This document shows, piece after piece, positions 35,635-44,344 of a stretch of DNA of 64,000 nt; positions within the stretch are counted from its first letter, which is position 1, and each line of letters begins with the position of its first letter. The notes beneath the pieces were generated by a model. That model was not told the DNA's origin. It saw only the letters and a list, made by a program, of their open reading frames with translations, and did no database searches. Source of the DNA: Escherichia phage Ecwhy_1; the sequence record MH791411.1; one strand, written 5' to 3'. A program made the position numbers and the translations under genes.

Positions 35635-35940
35635 TTAGTAATCGTCATCTGCTTGTGGCAAATTGTTAGTAACACTTAGGATAGTTTCGATATTATCGAG
35701 TTTGTTTTGTTTATCAAAGTAATCGCCTTTGTAGATACGTTGAGCGGCTTGTTTGATATCGGATGCATCAATACCTAGTTCATCAGAGATGGAACTAATG
35801 AAATCTGCATAGGATGCTTTGGTGTCGTCAATAAAAGTAAGTTGTACTACTGCGTTGTTTAGTGCATCACCTAGACGTTTACGTTGTTCATCATTTAGGT
35901 CACGAATTTCAACTTTAACTTCTTTTTTAGCTTTTGCCAT
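35635..35940 (-). CDS. hypothetical protein (101 aa)
   Basis: Clean ORF between polymerase and tail-fibre block. Confidence 0.45.
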   Translation of the reverse strand: MAKAKKEVKVEIRDLNDEQRKRLGDALNNAVVQLTFIDDTKASYADFISSISDELGIDASDIKQAAQRIYKGDYFDKQNKLDNIETILSVTNNLPQADDDY

Positions 35941-35963
35941 TTGTTTGCTTCTCCATGTGTTTT

Positions 35964-35999
35964 GAAAAAAATGTCATCTCACAACCTCTGTAAGATGAC
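35964..35999 (-). terminator. putative rho-independent terminator (GTCATCT-13 nt loop-AGATGAC, T7 run on minus strand)
   Basis: Inverted repeat with following T-run on minus strand, downstream of ORF 36041-36559. Confidence 0.45.
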
Positions 36000-36040
36000 T
36001 ACATTGTATCACTACTTACGATTTTGTTCCAAAAAAACTT

Positions 36041-36559
36041 TTAAACAGGTTTAACAGGGAACGAAAACTTCTTCTTACTAAATTCAGATGTTGTTAGAGA
36101 TGATAGCTCAAGAACATATGCTTTCAACTTAGGAAACAGTTCTATTTCATAATCAGTTGCTACCTCAAGATCTATCGCCATCTTAATGTTATTCAACTCA
36201 TTAATTGCTACGGTTCTTAATTCTTGGTGCTCAGATGATAGACGTTTGATCTTTTCATCAGTAGATTCAACATAATCAGAAATTTTACTTCCATCATAGA
36301 TTTTACCAACTACTTCATCTTCATCACCATCATGCTCCAACTCAGAAACACTGTATCCATACGGTACTAACAATGTTACATCATATGATGCTTGTGCAAT
36401 ATAACCATCATCAGAGTACTGAACTTTCAAAGTATCTTGTCTGAATTCGTTTTGACAATCATACCAGTCAACACCCTCATCTGACAATAGATAAAGAACA
36501 TTATCTCCATGTTTCTTTTCTACTGGGATATATTTTTTGAAATGTGTATATGTTTTCAT
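36041..36559 (-). CDS. putative tail fibre assembly protein/chaperone (by position)
   Basis: 172 aa, translationally coupled immediately downstream of tail fibre gene. Confidence 0.35.
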   Translation of the reverse strand: MKTYTHFKKYIPVEKKHGDNVLYLLSDEGVDWYDCQNEFRQDTLKVQYSDDGYIAQASYDVTLLVPYGYSVSELEHDGDEDEVVGKIYDGSKISDYVESTDEKIKRLSSEHQELRTVAINELNNIKMAIDLEVATDYEIELFPKLKAYVLELSSLTTSEFSKKKFSFPVKPV

Positions 36560-36560
36560 A

Positions 36561-38189
36561 TTAAGACTCCACTACTACGTTAGTCCATACACCATTGACT
36601 AATTTTTGTGTATATCTCCAACTATAACCTTCAACGTGTGTACCTGAACTACCATTTACTGAAATAAACAACCCATCCAGTGTAGCACCTTCTGGTGCAT
36701 AGATCCAAGAAGAATCAGGAACACTTCGCGTAGATGTTCTTTTACTTAAACGAACATCTTGTACAGCACCTAGTGTTAAAGTTACGTTACCGTTTGCATC
36801 AGCGTTGTTACCGTTAATAGATCTGACGATGTTTTTACTAGCAACAGTTGCTATGTTTCCAGAAATAGACAATGATGCACCAGTTACTGATGGAGCATAA
36901 AGTACACCAGAAGAGTTAATTGTAACTTCAGAACCACCATTACTTCTCAAACGTAATGTATTTGTTGATGAACTGTGATAAATTGCTGCACGTTCAGTAG
37001 TTCCTGCCGCGTTACGGAAGTAAAGTACTAATGAAGTATCATTCGAACGAATTGTTGCACTGTTTGCGATACTTAATGAACCAGACATTGTATCACCAGT
37101 TTTCAGTACATAACGGGTGTTTGCAACTTTTTCACTCAATGCAACGTTAGACTCAGCAATGTTATATAAGTATGCCACATTAAAGTGTGGTACGTCAATA
37201 TTGCTAATTCCGTGGGTATGTGCTTGTCCACTACCAACGGTATTGGTTGAACCACTGAAACTATGCACGTGATCAGGTGCTTCGTTAATGTTATTAATTA
37301 CAGTTGGGATTCCGTTGTCGTTACTGGATGTTAACGCATTAAGACCACTTCTGTCCATACCTTTTAGTGCTTGACTATGACCATGACGACCAGCAGCACC
37401 AGTAGTTCCACTGAAACTAAATGAGTGCGGTGGAAGTTGAGCAATTGATATCGCAGTCCCACTAATTGATGCACTACTTGCAATCACACTATCAGTTTTA
37501 GTTACGCCTGATGTGGTAATGCCTTTCAAGTATGCTTCTTGGTTAAGATTTGGAACTTGTTTTGTGATTGTACCATTTTCACCAACCCATTGCCACCACA
37601 TTCCATCAGCAAAACACCAACCATCAGAAGTTTTCCACGGAGAACCTTGTGAACCATTACGACCACTTTGACCATTGGTCACACCAGACATCTGTTCACG
37701 AATACTAGCAACAGTTTGTCCAGAAGTCAATGAGTACTGGGTAATTGCACCAGGCTTCATTGAAGTATAAAGACCTGTTGGGCCAGTACCGCTACTTGAT
37801 GGAATAGGGAATACGATATTTAAATTCGTACCACTAATGCTCGCACTTGGAACAGCACTACTACTATATGTTACTGTTTCAACTTTTAAATTCAGTTTAC
37901 GGTTCACTTCATCGAGTGAAATACGGATTGGTTCAAGAATTGTATCAGTATCGTATACTGCAATCCAACTTGTCCCGTTGTGGTATTTTAACACCAACTC
38001 ATTTCTATCAAATACCATAGCACCTTGCTCACCTGCTGGCAATGCCTGTACTGGTAAAATGACAGAAGATGAATTAAAACGAATAGGTCTTGGATTAGTT
38101 GGTGTACCACCAAGCACTATTAGTTCTAAAGATCCATTAGCACCAGTACTAGTCATAGTATCCAGTGGGTTATTAAAACTTATGCTCAT
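36561..38189 (-). CDS. tail fibre protein with HxH metal-binding-type motifs (T4 gp12/gp37-like distal region)
   Basis: 542 aa, Ser/Thr/Gly-rich; motifs RHGHS, PDHVHSF, AHTHGI resemble HxH repeats of T-even fibre tips. Confidence 0.65.
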   Translation of the reverse strand: MSISFNNPLDTMTSTGANGSLELIVLGGTPTNPRPIRFNSSSVILPVQALPAGEQGAMVFDRNELVLKYHNGTSWIAVYDTDTILEPIRISLDEVNRKLNLKVETVTYSSSAVPSASISGTNLNIVFPIPSSSGTGPTGLYTSMKPGAITQYSLTSGQTVASIREQMSGVTNGQSGRNGSQGSPWKTSDGWCFADGMWWQWVGENGTITKQVPNLNQEAYLKGITTSGVTKTDSVIASSASISGTAISIAQLPPHSFSFSGTTGAAGRHGHSQALKGMDRSGLNALTSSNDNGIPTVINNINEAPDHVHSFSGSTNTVGSGQAHTHGISNIDVPHFNVAYLYNIAESNVALSEKVANTRYVLKTGDTMSGSLSIANSATIRSNDTSLVLYFRNAAGTTERAAIYHSSSTNTLRLRSNGGSEVTINSSGVLYAPSVTGASLSISGNIATVASKNIVRSINGNNADANGNVTLTLGAVQDVRLSKRTSTRSVPDSSWIYAPEGATLDGLFISVNGSSGTHVEGYSWRYTQKLVNGVWTNVVVES

Positions 38190-38230
38190 GTATAAATCCC
38201 TTTAATGATTAATATATACTATATTTATTA

Positions 38231-38539
38231 CTATAGCAAGTCGTTTTCCATATCGTCAAGAACAGAATCGACGATGTTCGCTGCTATCTTCTTAGGCATC
38301 TTGAACCACTCGGTGTTAGGTTGCCTTACTGCGTTCATTTGTTTTAGTCTTTTGTGAATTTCTTTCTCTGCTAAACGTGCATCTTCAAAGTGTACTTCAT
38401 GGTATACCACAAAATCTCTAAAAGGTGTAGCAGTTTGATATGTCCTTAAACGTTCTGTCATTTCAGATTTACTGGTAAATCCTATCTTAACATAATCAGG
38501 CCACGCATCATTTACTATAACATAACATATCTGTGACAT
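38231..38539 (-). CDS. T5orf172-domain protein (GIY-YIG clan, homing-endonuclease-like)
   Basis: ICYVIVNDAWPDYVKIGFTSKSEMTERLRTY matches T5orf172-type core; preferred start MSQICYV with GGAGA upstream. Confidence 0.5.
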   Translation of the reverse strand: MSQICYVIVNDAWPDYVKIGFTSKSEMTERLRTYQTATPFRDFVVYHEVHFEDARLAEKEIHKRLKQMNAVRQPNTEWFKMPKKIAANIVDSVLDDMENDLL

Positions 38540-38578
38540 AGAAAATATCTCCATCAGTAATATGAAGATATTTATTAA

Positions 38579-38938
38579 TCAAGTAATTCGGAAATTTACC
38601 CCAGCATCAATTAGGCGTTGGAATGGGTTTTGTGGCTCGAATTCAGAAGGAGTTTTTGAAATGTTCAGTACTGGAGCATCAGCATGTAACTTTGACATAC
38701 GTTCTTTGTACTTATCTAAGTATTCTTCATATAACATATCTTCAGTGTTACTATCAAGTATGTCTTCAATAAATGAATCAATACTATAGTCCAGTCTATC
38801 ATCATTATAATACAAAGTTTCACTAGCTTCATCATAACCAACTAAAGTCCCGTATGGAACGTTAATCTCAATTTTTGAGTACTGACTCTTTAAGTACTCT
38901 TCTTTCTTAAAAATGTATACAGTTAACATCCGTGTCAA
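38579..38938 (-). CDS. hypothetical protein (119 aa)
   Basis: ORF between the two T5orf172 genes. Confidence 0.4.
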   Translation of the reverse strand: MTRMLTVYIFKKEEYLKSQYSKIEINVPYGTLVGYDEASETLYYNDDRLDYSIDSFIEDILDSNTEDMLYEEYLDKYKERMSKLHADAPVLNISKTPSEFEPQNPFQRLIDAGVNFRIT

Positions 38939-38952
38939 CTCCTTATGGTTGT

Positions 38953-39876
38953 TTACTTAAAAGTATTTACGATTTCCAAAACACTTTCAAGATACTTAGC
39001 ATCAAAAGTTTCAGTAAATCCTGATGGTAACTCTTCAGTACTTACAACACCACTTTCAATGTATTGCTTGATGAACTTTTCCAATAATAATGGTTTGTTA
39101 CCATCCTCAAAGTAACGTTCTACCAGTACAGTGTGTTCAAAATCAGAATCACGGCTTTGTTCATGAATTCGCCTCTTCATGTCACCAGTAATTCCGTATT
39201 TGTAAACGACTTTTGAGTTATTAGATAGTTTTTGTACATAGAAATATCCAGGCTTTGATGGTTGATAACCATACTCACCACATGATGGACATCCTCTTCC
39301 TGCCATATGAGATTTGGGTATTTGTTTAAAGACACCATGTTCAGGACAAATAATATCCACATGTTCATCACTAGTCTTGTAATCCACCAAGCTATAATCA
39401 TACTTATGGTTATGGATAGGCGACACAAGTTCAATGAAACGTTCAGTACTTCTTCCACCTTTACCAGAACATATTCCACAACTAGTTTTTCCTTTTAATA
39501 ATGTTGCGGCTGATACTTCCCAATCATGAACATCATTTGGATCGTTGTGACATGTTACCGTCACTTTCCCATTACAATCACGTTGTCTTTTGTAGATAGT
39601 TTTTTCAAATGACAATGTTGGATGAATTGTTTTTACTTTCTCTATGAACGTTTCAGTTGTGTATGCTGTATTTTTTTGGCAAATATTACATCCCTTTGCA
39701 GTAGATCTTACAATTTGCATAGGAGTGATTTTGAAATAATGACCACCTTCCACACAATAAAGTTCAACCTGTTTATGTGCATTTATGTATACCATTTTAT
39801 CAAACAAATAAACCCCAGTGCCATATTTTTCATTCACCGTATTGATAAATTTTTCTTCATTTGGATTCATTGTCAT
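38953..39876 (-). CDS. zinc-ribbon repeat + C-terminal T5orf172-domain protein (freestanding homing-endonuclease-like)
   Basis: 307 aa; three repeats with Cys/His clusters (e.g. KYDYSLVDYK...VDIICPEHGVFKQIPKSHMAGRGCPSCG), then YFYVQKLSNNSKVVYKYGITGDMKRRIHEQ. Confidence 0.55.
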   Translation of the reverse strand: MTMNPNEEKFINTVNEKYGTGVYLFDKMVYINAHKQVELYCVEGGHYFKITPMQIVRSTAKGCNICQKNTAYTTETFIEKVKTIHPTLSFEKTIYKRQRDCNGKVTVTCHNDPNDVHDWEVSAATLLKGKTSCGICSGKGGRSTERFIELVSPIHNHKYDYSLVDYKTSDEHVDIICPEHGVFKQIPKSHMAGRGCPSCGEYGYQPSKPGYFYVQKLSNNSKVVYKYGITGDMKRRIHEQSRDSDFEHTVLVERYFEDGNKPLLLEKFIKQYIESGVVSTEELPSGFTETFDAKYLESVLEIVNTFK

Positions 39877-39904
39877 TTCTCTTCTTCATTTATAATGTAC
39901 GCGT

Positions 39905-39933
39905 ATTATTACACAAAAAATGTGACATGTCAA
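39905..39933 (-). promoter_or_regulatory. sigma70-like promoter (TTGACA - ~17 nt - TAATAAT) upstream of the T5orf172 gene
   Basis: Read by eye on minus strand between MCP terminator and ATG at 39876. Confidence 0.4.
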
Positions 39934-39947
39934 CACAAAAAAGAAAA

Positions 39948-39965
39948 GGGACTCCGAAGAGTCCC
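39948..39965. terminator. bidirectional rho-independent terminator (GGGACTC-cgaa-GAGTCCC)
   Basis: Perfect 7-bp stem; T-runs on both strands; directly downstream of the MCP stop. Confidence 0.65.
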
Positions 39966-40009
39966 TATTGTTTTTAATTTCTTGATTAAATCTTTTAAAT
40001 CGATTACAA

Positions 40010-41185
40010 TTACATGAAAGTAACGTTTTTGATAGCGATTTTGCTGTAGTAGTCAGCAGCGTTACCAAGAGAAGAAGTACTATCAGTCAATTGTACATAA
40101 CCATACCTGGTAAGGAAAGTTGTGACCAATTCCCCAGTGTTAGGGTCCATTACAGTACCGGAAGCCATTAGTGGGATGTATGGGCAATAGAACACACCAG
40201 CATCAGTTTCAGCATTACCTTTATAACCAATCAAAATGTCCTCGACATCTGAGGCATACGTATCGACAAAAATACGCATGGTGCTGTTTAGAGTACCAAC
40301 GAATTTAACGTTAGTTGGAGCTTCGAAAGTACCTTCAGTAGTACGTGCAAAACTAGAAGTAGTTGCAGACTGTAGAATGGTTAGAGCGGTTGGAGAAACA
40401 ACAGCCCAGTTCGCAGCACCACGTTTGGTACGACGAGCAACTTCGTTCGCTTGACGGTTGATTAGGGTAGCTAGAGCAGCGTGCTCGTCACCAACGAAGG
40501 TCGCAACACCAGTAACTTTAGATTGGTCATAAGTTACAGCAGCAGCACCAGGTAGTGCACGTAGACGGCTTAGTAGCTCTTGGTCGATTTCAACGGTAAC
40601 TTCTTGAGCGATTGCAGCCATTAGTTCAGCTTCAACATCGATACCATGTTGGGATTGTGCATCTTGTGCAGATTCAACAGTCCAACGTGCAGATAGACGA
40701 CGAGATTTCGCTTCAACAGTTTCACGTAGGATACGGATGTTAACGCGACGACCCATAGTACCTTCTAGTTGGCTAGTAGGAGCAGCTTGTGGGTTGCTGT
40801 TGTCTGCGTTTAGGTCACCAGTATAAGACTTAGCGATTTTGTATGGAGAAAGCATTTCTTCACCAGCGATAACACCAGGAGCGTTGTCAGCATATTGAAC
40901 ACGTAGGGTGTGGATCTGACCAACTGGGCCAGTCATTGGCTGAACACCGATGATTTCGTTAGCGATTACGGTTGGCATAACACGACGCATAATTGGTAGA
41001 ATCACTTTGTTTAGAGTAGCGATGTTACCAGCGGTGGTTGCACCAGAAGTAGCAGATTCGTTTAGCATTAGTTTACGATGGTTATCAAGTACGGTTTCCA
41101 TTACGGACTTACGAGTACCTTGTAGACCTTCAACTAGTTTCTCTTTAACTGCTACCCATTTGGATTCATTTAGTAGTTGTGACAT
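40010..41185 (-). CDS. major capsid protein (T4 gp23/gp24 family)
   Basis: 391 aa; HK97-fold gp23-like, N-terminal propeptide-like region; late promoter + AAGGAG upstream; strong terminator downstream. Confidence 0.85.
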   Translation of the reverse strand: MSQLLNESKWVAVKEKLVEGLQGTRKSVMETVLDNHRKLMLNESATSGATTAGNIATLNKVILPIMRRVMPTVIANEIIGVQPMTGPVGQIHTLRVQYADNAPGVIAGEEMLSPYKIAKSYTGDLNADNSNPQAAPTSQLEGTMGRRVNIRILRETVEAKSRRLSARWTVESAQDAQSQHGIDVEAELMAAIAQEVTVEIDQELLSRLRALPGAAAVTYDQSKVTGVATFVGDEHAALATLINRQANEVARRTKRGAANWAVVSPTALTILQSATTSSFARTTEGTFEAPTNVKFVGTLNSTMRIFVDTYASDVEDILIGYKGNAETDAGVFYCPYIPLMASGTVMDPNTGELVTTFLTRYGYVQLTDSTSSLGNAADYYSKIAIKNVTFM

Positions 41186-41229
41186 TATTATCTCCTTAAA
41201 GATGTTATATTCGTTTTTCAGTATGATAT

Positions 41230-41237
41230 TATTTATA
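41230..41237 (-). promoter_or_regulatory. late promoter -10-like element TATAAATA upstream of MCP
   Basis: Minus-strand TCTATAAATAATATCATACTG ~50 nt upstream of MCP ATG. Confidence 0.5.
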
Positions 41238-41275
41238 GAACTGAAAAATTTGATTATTAAAATGCTTTAAAATGT

Positions 41276-42391
41276 TTATTTTTTATTGATACCAGAAAGA
41301 ACATCGAGTTCTTTTAGGAATGCCATATCGTCAGCGGTCATTTCTTCGCTTTCAACAATAGCCTGACGGTTGCCAGTGATTACTTTACCTTCTGCAAGAG
41401 TTCTCTTAGCGGAAGACTGAACTGCTTGACGAGTGGTAGCAGATTCATTTACTTTAGTACCGTTAAGTACTGACTTATGGTACTTGCTGAAATCGTCTTT
41501 AAGCTTTTCTGTAGGAGAAGTAGCTAGAAGGGATTCCATAATTTGTTTCTGTTGTGTAGTTAGTGGCTTAACTAGTTCAGACATAATCGCATTACGAGCT
41601 TGTGAATCTTCCATAATACGTAGTTTGGTTTTAGCAGCTTTAACTTCACTTACAGTTTCATTTAGTTCTTGTTTAACTTGTGCAATTTCGTCTTCTTTAG
41701 ACTTAATTGATTCAGTTAGGGAACGTAGTAGTGAATTCTCATTAAATTGTTTGACATTAAACTCTTGAGCAAACGCTTCAAAGATTTTACGACCAAACAT
41801 ATTTTGTTTTGCTTCAACAAGATCTTCTTTCAAAGCGTATAGGTTTTTCTGAGTAGTTTCTGCAATGTATTTAGCAGCACTTTCAGAGGTACGTTTGATG
41901 AAGTTGTTACGTGCTTCAGCAATTTGACGGGAGCCTTCAGCTAGTAGTTTTACGCGAGTTTCAACTAGTTGACGTTTCTCGATGTGGAATTCTTTTAGCT
42001 CTTCTGCTAGGATACCGTTAGAGAAATTAACGAATTTACCCATGCATTCTTGAAGATGCTTACGTTCTTTACGCATTTGTTTAACTTCTTCAGCCAAAAC
42101 AGAGTTAGAAAACGCAGAGAAATTACTTAGGGTTTTACGGAGAGTTACACGATCTTCTACAAGACGTTTTTTCTCTTCATATACTGCACCCATTTCTTCA
42201 GCGATAACTTGAGTAACCATAGTATTTAGACCTTCGGTTAGCTCGGACAAATCTTGTTTGTAGCGGCCTTTCATTTCTTCACGCATTTCTGCGGCAAGTG
42301 TGTTTTTTTCTTCATTCCATGCTTCCTGAATTAGCTGTTTTGCCTCATCAGAAAGAGATGATTCTTTTAGAAGCTTTTCTAATTTAGACAT
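41276..42391 (-). CDS. prohead scaffold protein (gp22-like), coiled-coil with internal repeats
   Basis: 371 aa, helical/charged, repeats (NFSAFSNSVLAEEVK / NFSNGILAEELK); between protease and MCP. Confidence 0.55.
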   Translation of the reverse strand: MSKLEKLLKESSLSDEAKQLIQEAWNEEKNTLAAEMREEMKGRYKQDLSELTEGLNTMVTQVIAEEMGAVYEEKKRLVEDRVTLRKTLSNFSAFSNSVLAEEVKQMRKERKHLQECMGKFVNFSNGILAEELKEFHIEKRQLVETRVKLLAEGSRQIAEARNNFIKRTSESAAKYIAETTQKNLYALKEDLVEAKQNMFGRKIFEAFAQEFNVKQFNENSLLRSLTESIKSKEDEIAQVKQELNETVSEVKAAKTKLRIMEDSQARNAIMSELVKPLTTQQKQIMESLLATSPTEKLKDDFSKYHKSVLNGTKVNESATTRQAVQSSAKRTLAEGKVITGNRQAIVESEEMTADDMAFLKELDVLSGINKK

Positions 42392-42438
42392 TCGTTCTCT
42401 CCTTTAAGTACTGAAATATCTGTACTTCAACATACAAA

Positions 42439-42446
42439 TATTTATA
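42439..42446 (-). promoter_or_regulatory. late promoter -10-like element TATAAATA upstream of scaffold gene
   Basis: Minus-strand AAAAATATAAATATTTG upstream of AAAGGAGA RBS. Confidence 0.45.
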
Positions 42447-42457
42447 TTTTTAAAATG

Positions 42458-43078
42458 TTAACCTTTTAATTTCTTGAAAAAATCGTAAATTTCAGAATCT
42501 ACATTATTTACTGTTTTAGATTCTGTGATTTTTTTAGGACTATTACAAGGTGATCCGTACTTACTCATCAGAGATTCAAAAACCGCAGTAGGGTATGCCT
42601 CTGGAGCACTAGGTTGAGCAACAATATCAATTGTGATAATTTCAAAATCAGAAACTATTCCATTGTAATCCACGTTACCGGAACCACGAGAACTTACACC
42701 AAGTTTCACACCAGCTTCTAGCATTTTACGAATATTAGTACCATGAGCAGTATCAAGTAGTTTGATTTCTGCCATGCCGTTAGCACCTTCCATCCAGACC
42801 TTAGTAATCATTGCTGCTACACGGTCAAGGTTAATTGTTAGTGTTTCTGGGTGGTCACATTCAACTAGAATACTTTCACCTTTAGCCAAACGTTGAGCCA
42901 TATTATTAACAGCTTTAGTAATTTCGGCTAAAGGGTAAATTCTCTCATTTAAATTTCTTTGATCGGCTTGAATAGCAATACCACGAAGATAGCAATCACG
43001 CCCACCAAGTCCATTATCACGATGTTCCAAAACAACTTTAGAATCATTGAATGAAGACCATTCACGAATCATACTCAT
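42458..43078 (-). CDS. prohead core protease (T4 gp21-like)
   Basis: 206 aa; ECDHPE and GVSSRGSG regions typical of gp21 family; size matches. Confidence 0.8.
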   Translation of the reverse strand: MSMIREWSSFNDSKVVLEHRDNGLGGRDCYLRGIAIQADQRNLNERIYPLAEITKAVNNMAQRLAKGESILVECDHPETLTINLDRVAAMITKVWMEGANGMAEIKLLDTAHGTNIRKMLEAGVKLGVSSRGSGNVDYNGIVSDFEIITIDIVAQPSAPEAYPTAVFESLMSKYGSPCNSPKKITESKTVNNVDSEIYDFFKKLKG

Positions 43079-43109
43079 AATGATCTCCTTTCCTTTTCTT
43101 TATTTAGTG

Positions 43110-43943
43110 TTAGATTTTTGGTTGTGATTTTGGTAGTGGAGAACGAGATTTAGAAGCGGTATTTTTTGGCTTCGCAACATCTTTCATTTCGCCACGAGCA
43201 TTTTTACCTAGGTCTTCATCAGTGTGGGACATAGCATCTTCGTTTTCAAAATCATAATCTACTTGTTTTTCGGAAGCTTTAGCGAATTTCACTGGAGCAA
43301 CACCTTGAACTGGAGATTTAGCTTCTGGGGCAACTGGAGACTTGGTATTAACGCCAGCTTTTTCTTTCTTATCAACCGCAGCAACTTGCTTAAGTTTGAA
43401 AGACTCACCAACTTTCTCATCACCGAATTGTACATCAGCAAATTCGTCTTCAGATTCTTCACCATCAGCACCGAATTCTTCTTCCGCACCAACTTCAACT
43501 TCTTCGTCGTCAGAACCTAGGTCAACTTCATCACCACCGATTTCGTCAAACATTTGTTGTAGGCCACGGAAAGCATCTTGAATAGATTCCCATTGGTCTT
43601 CGGAAGGAACTTCTGCACCAACTTCTGCTTCAGCGTCAACTTCTTCGCCATCAGCATCAGCAGAGAATTCAACTTCTTCTTCTGCACTTTCATCTTCTTC
43701 ACCTAGGGTGTATTCGATTTCAGCATTTAGACCAGCGTCTGGTTGAACATCAAAGTCTTCGTCAAGTTTTTCTTCGTCTTTGACTTCAACTTCACATTCT
43801 TCTTCGTCCATGCTTTCTTCTAGTTCTTTATTGATTTCTTGAGCTTGCTCAACAAAGTACTTACGCATTTTTTTATCAGCAACATCTTGTTCGCCGTTTG
43901 CAAACGCTTCAATTGCTTCTTGTAGTAGTTTTAAATTCGCCAT
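43110..43943 (-). CDS. acidic prohead core/internal protein (gp67/gp68-like by composition and position)
   Basis: Strongly Glu/Asp-rich; preferred start is second ATG (ATGGAGGATATAATG, GGAGG as RBS). Confidence 0.5.
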   Translation of the reverse strand: MANLKLLQEAIEAFANGEQDVADKKMRKYFVEQAQEINKELEESMDEEECEVEVKDEEKLDEDFDVQPDAGLNAEIEYTLGEEDESAEEEVEFSADADGEEVDAEAEVGAEVPSEDQWESIQDAFRGLQQMFDEIGGDEVDLGSDDEEVEVGAEEEFGADGEESEDEFADVQFGDEKVGESFKLKQVAAVDKKEKAGVNTKSPVAPEAKSPVQGVAPVKFAKASEKQVDYDFENEDAMSHTDEDLGKNARGEMKDVAKPKNTASKSRSPLPKSQPKI

Positions 43944-44043
43944 TATATCCTCCATAGATATATTACATTCATATAAAGTATGATATTATTTAGTACTGAA
44001 AAATTTCGCCATTTTTAAAAGCTTTAAAAAGTGCGATTTTTGT

Positions 44044-44271
44044 TTACATTAATCCTGAACCATCACCGGATGGTGCTGCTGCATAAACAACAGCGACAAC
44101 ATTTTTGCGTCGTTGTTCTTCATTAGCTTTAAATTCACGGTACTTTCTTAAATTATTAAGTACTTGTAATGTTAGTTTTGGTTTTCTGGAATCAGTAATT
44201 TTATATACGTTCTGATCATCTTCAGGGTCGTATAAAGAATCACTGCTAGATTCAAAGATGTCCTTTAACAT
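44044..44271 (-). CDS. hypothetical small protein (75 aa)
   Basis: ORF between portal and core protein. Confidence 0.35.
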   Translation of the reverse strand: MLKDIFESSSDSLYDPEDDQNVYKITDSRKPKLTLQVLNNLRKYREFKANEEQRRKNVVAVVYAAAPSGDGSGLM

Positions 44272-44344
44272 TTCATCTCCTTTGAATATGCATTATAATG
44301 AGGGCAACTAATGTACCCTCATTCTTATACATTGTTATTTATGA

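Noticed and set aside
44272-44344. Hairpin ATGAGGG-11 nt loop-CCCTCAT between portal gene and the 75-aa ORF, as a possible terminator.
   Set aside because: No adequate T-run on either strand; could be an attenuator or RNA processing site but not supportable as a terminator.
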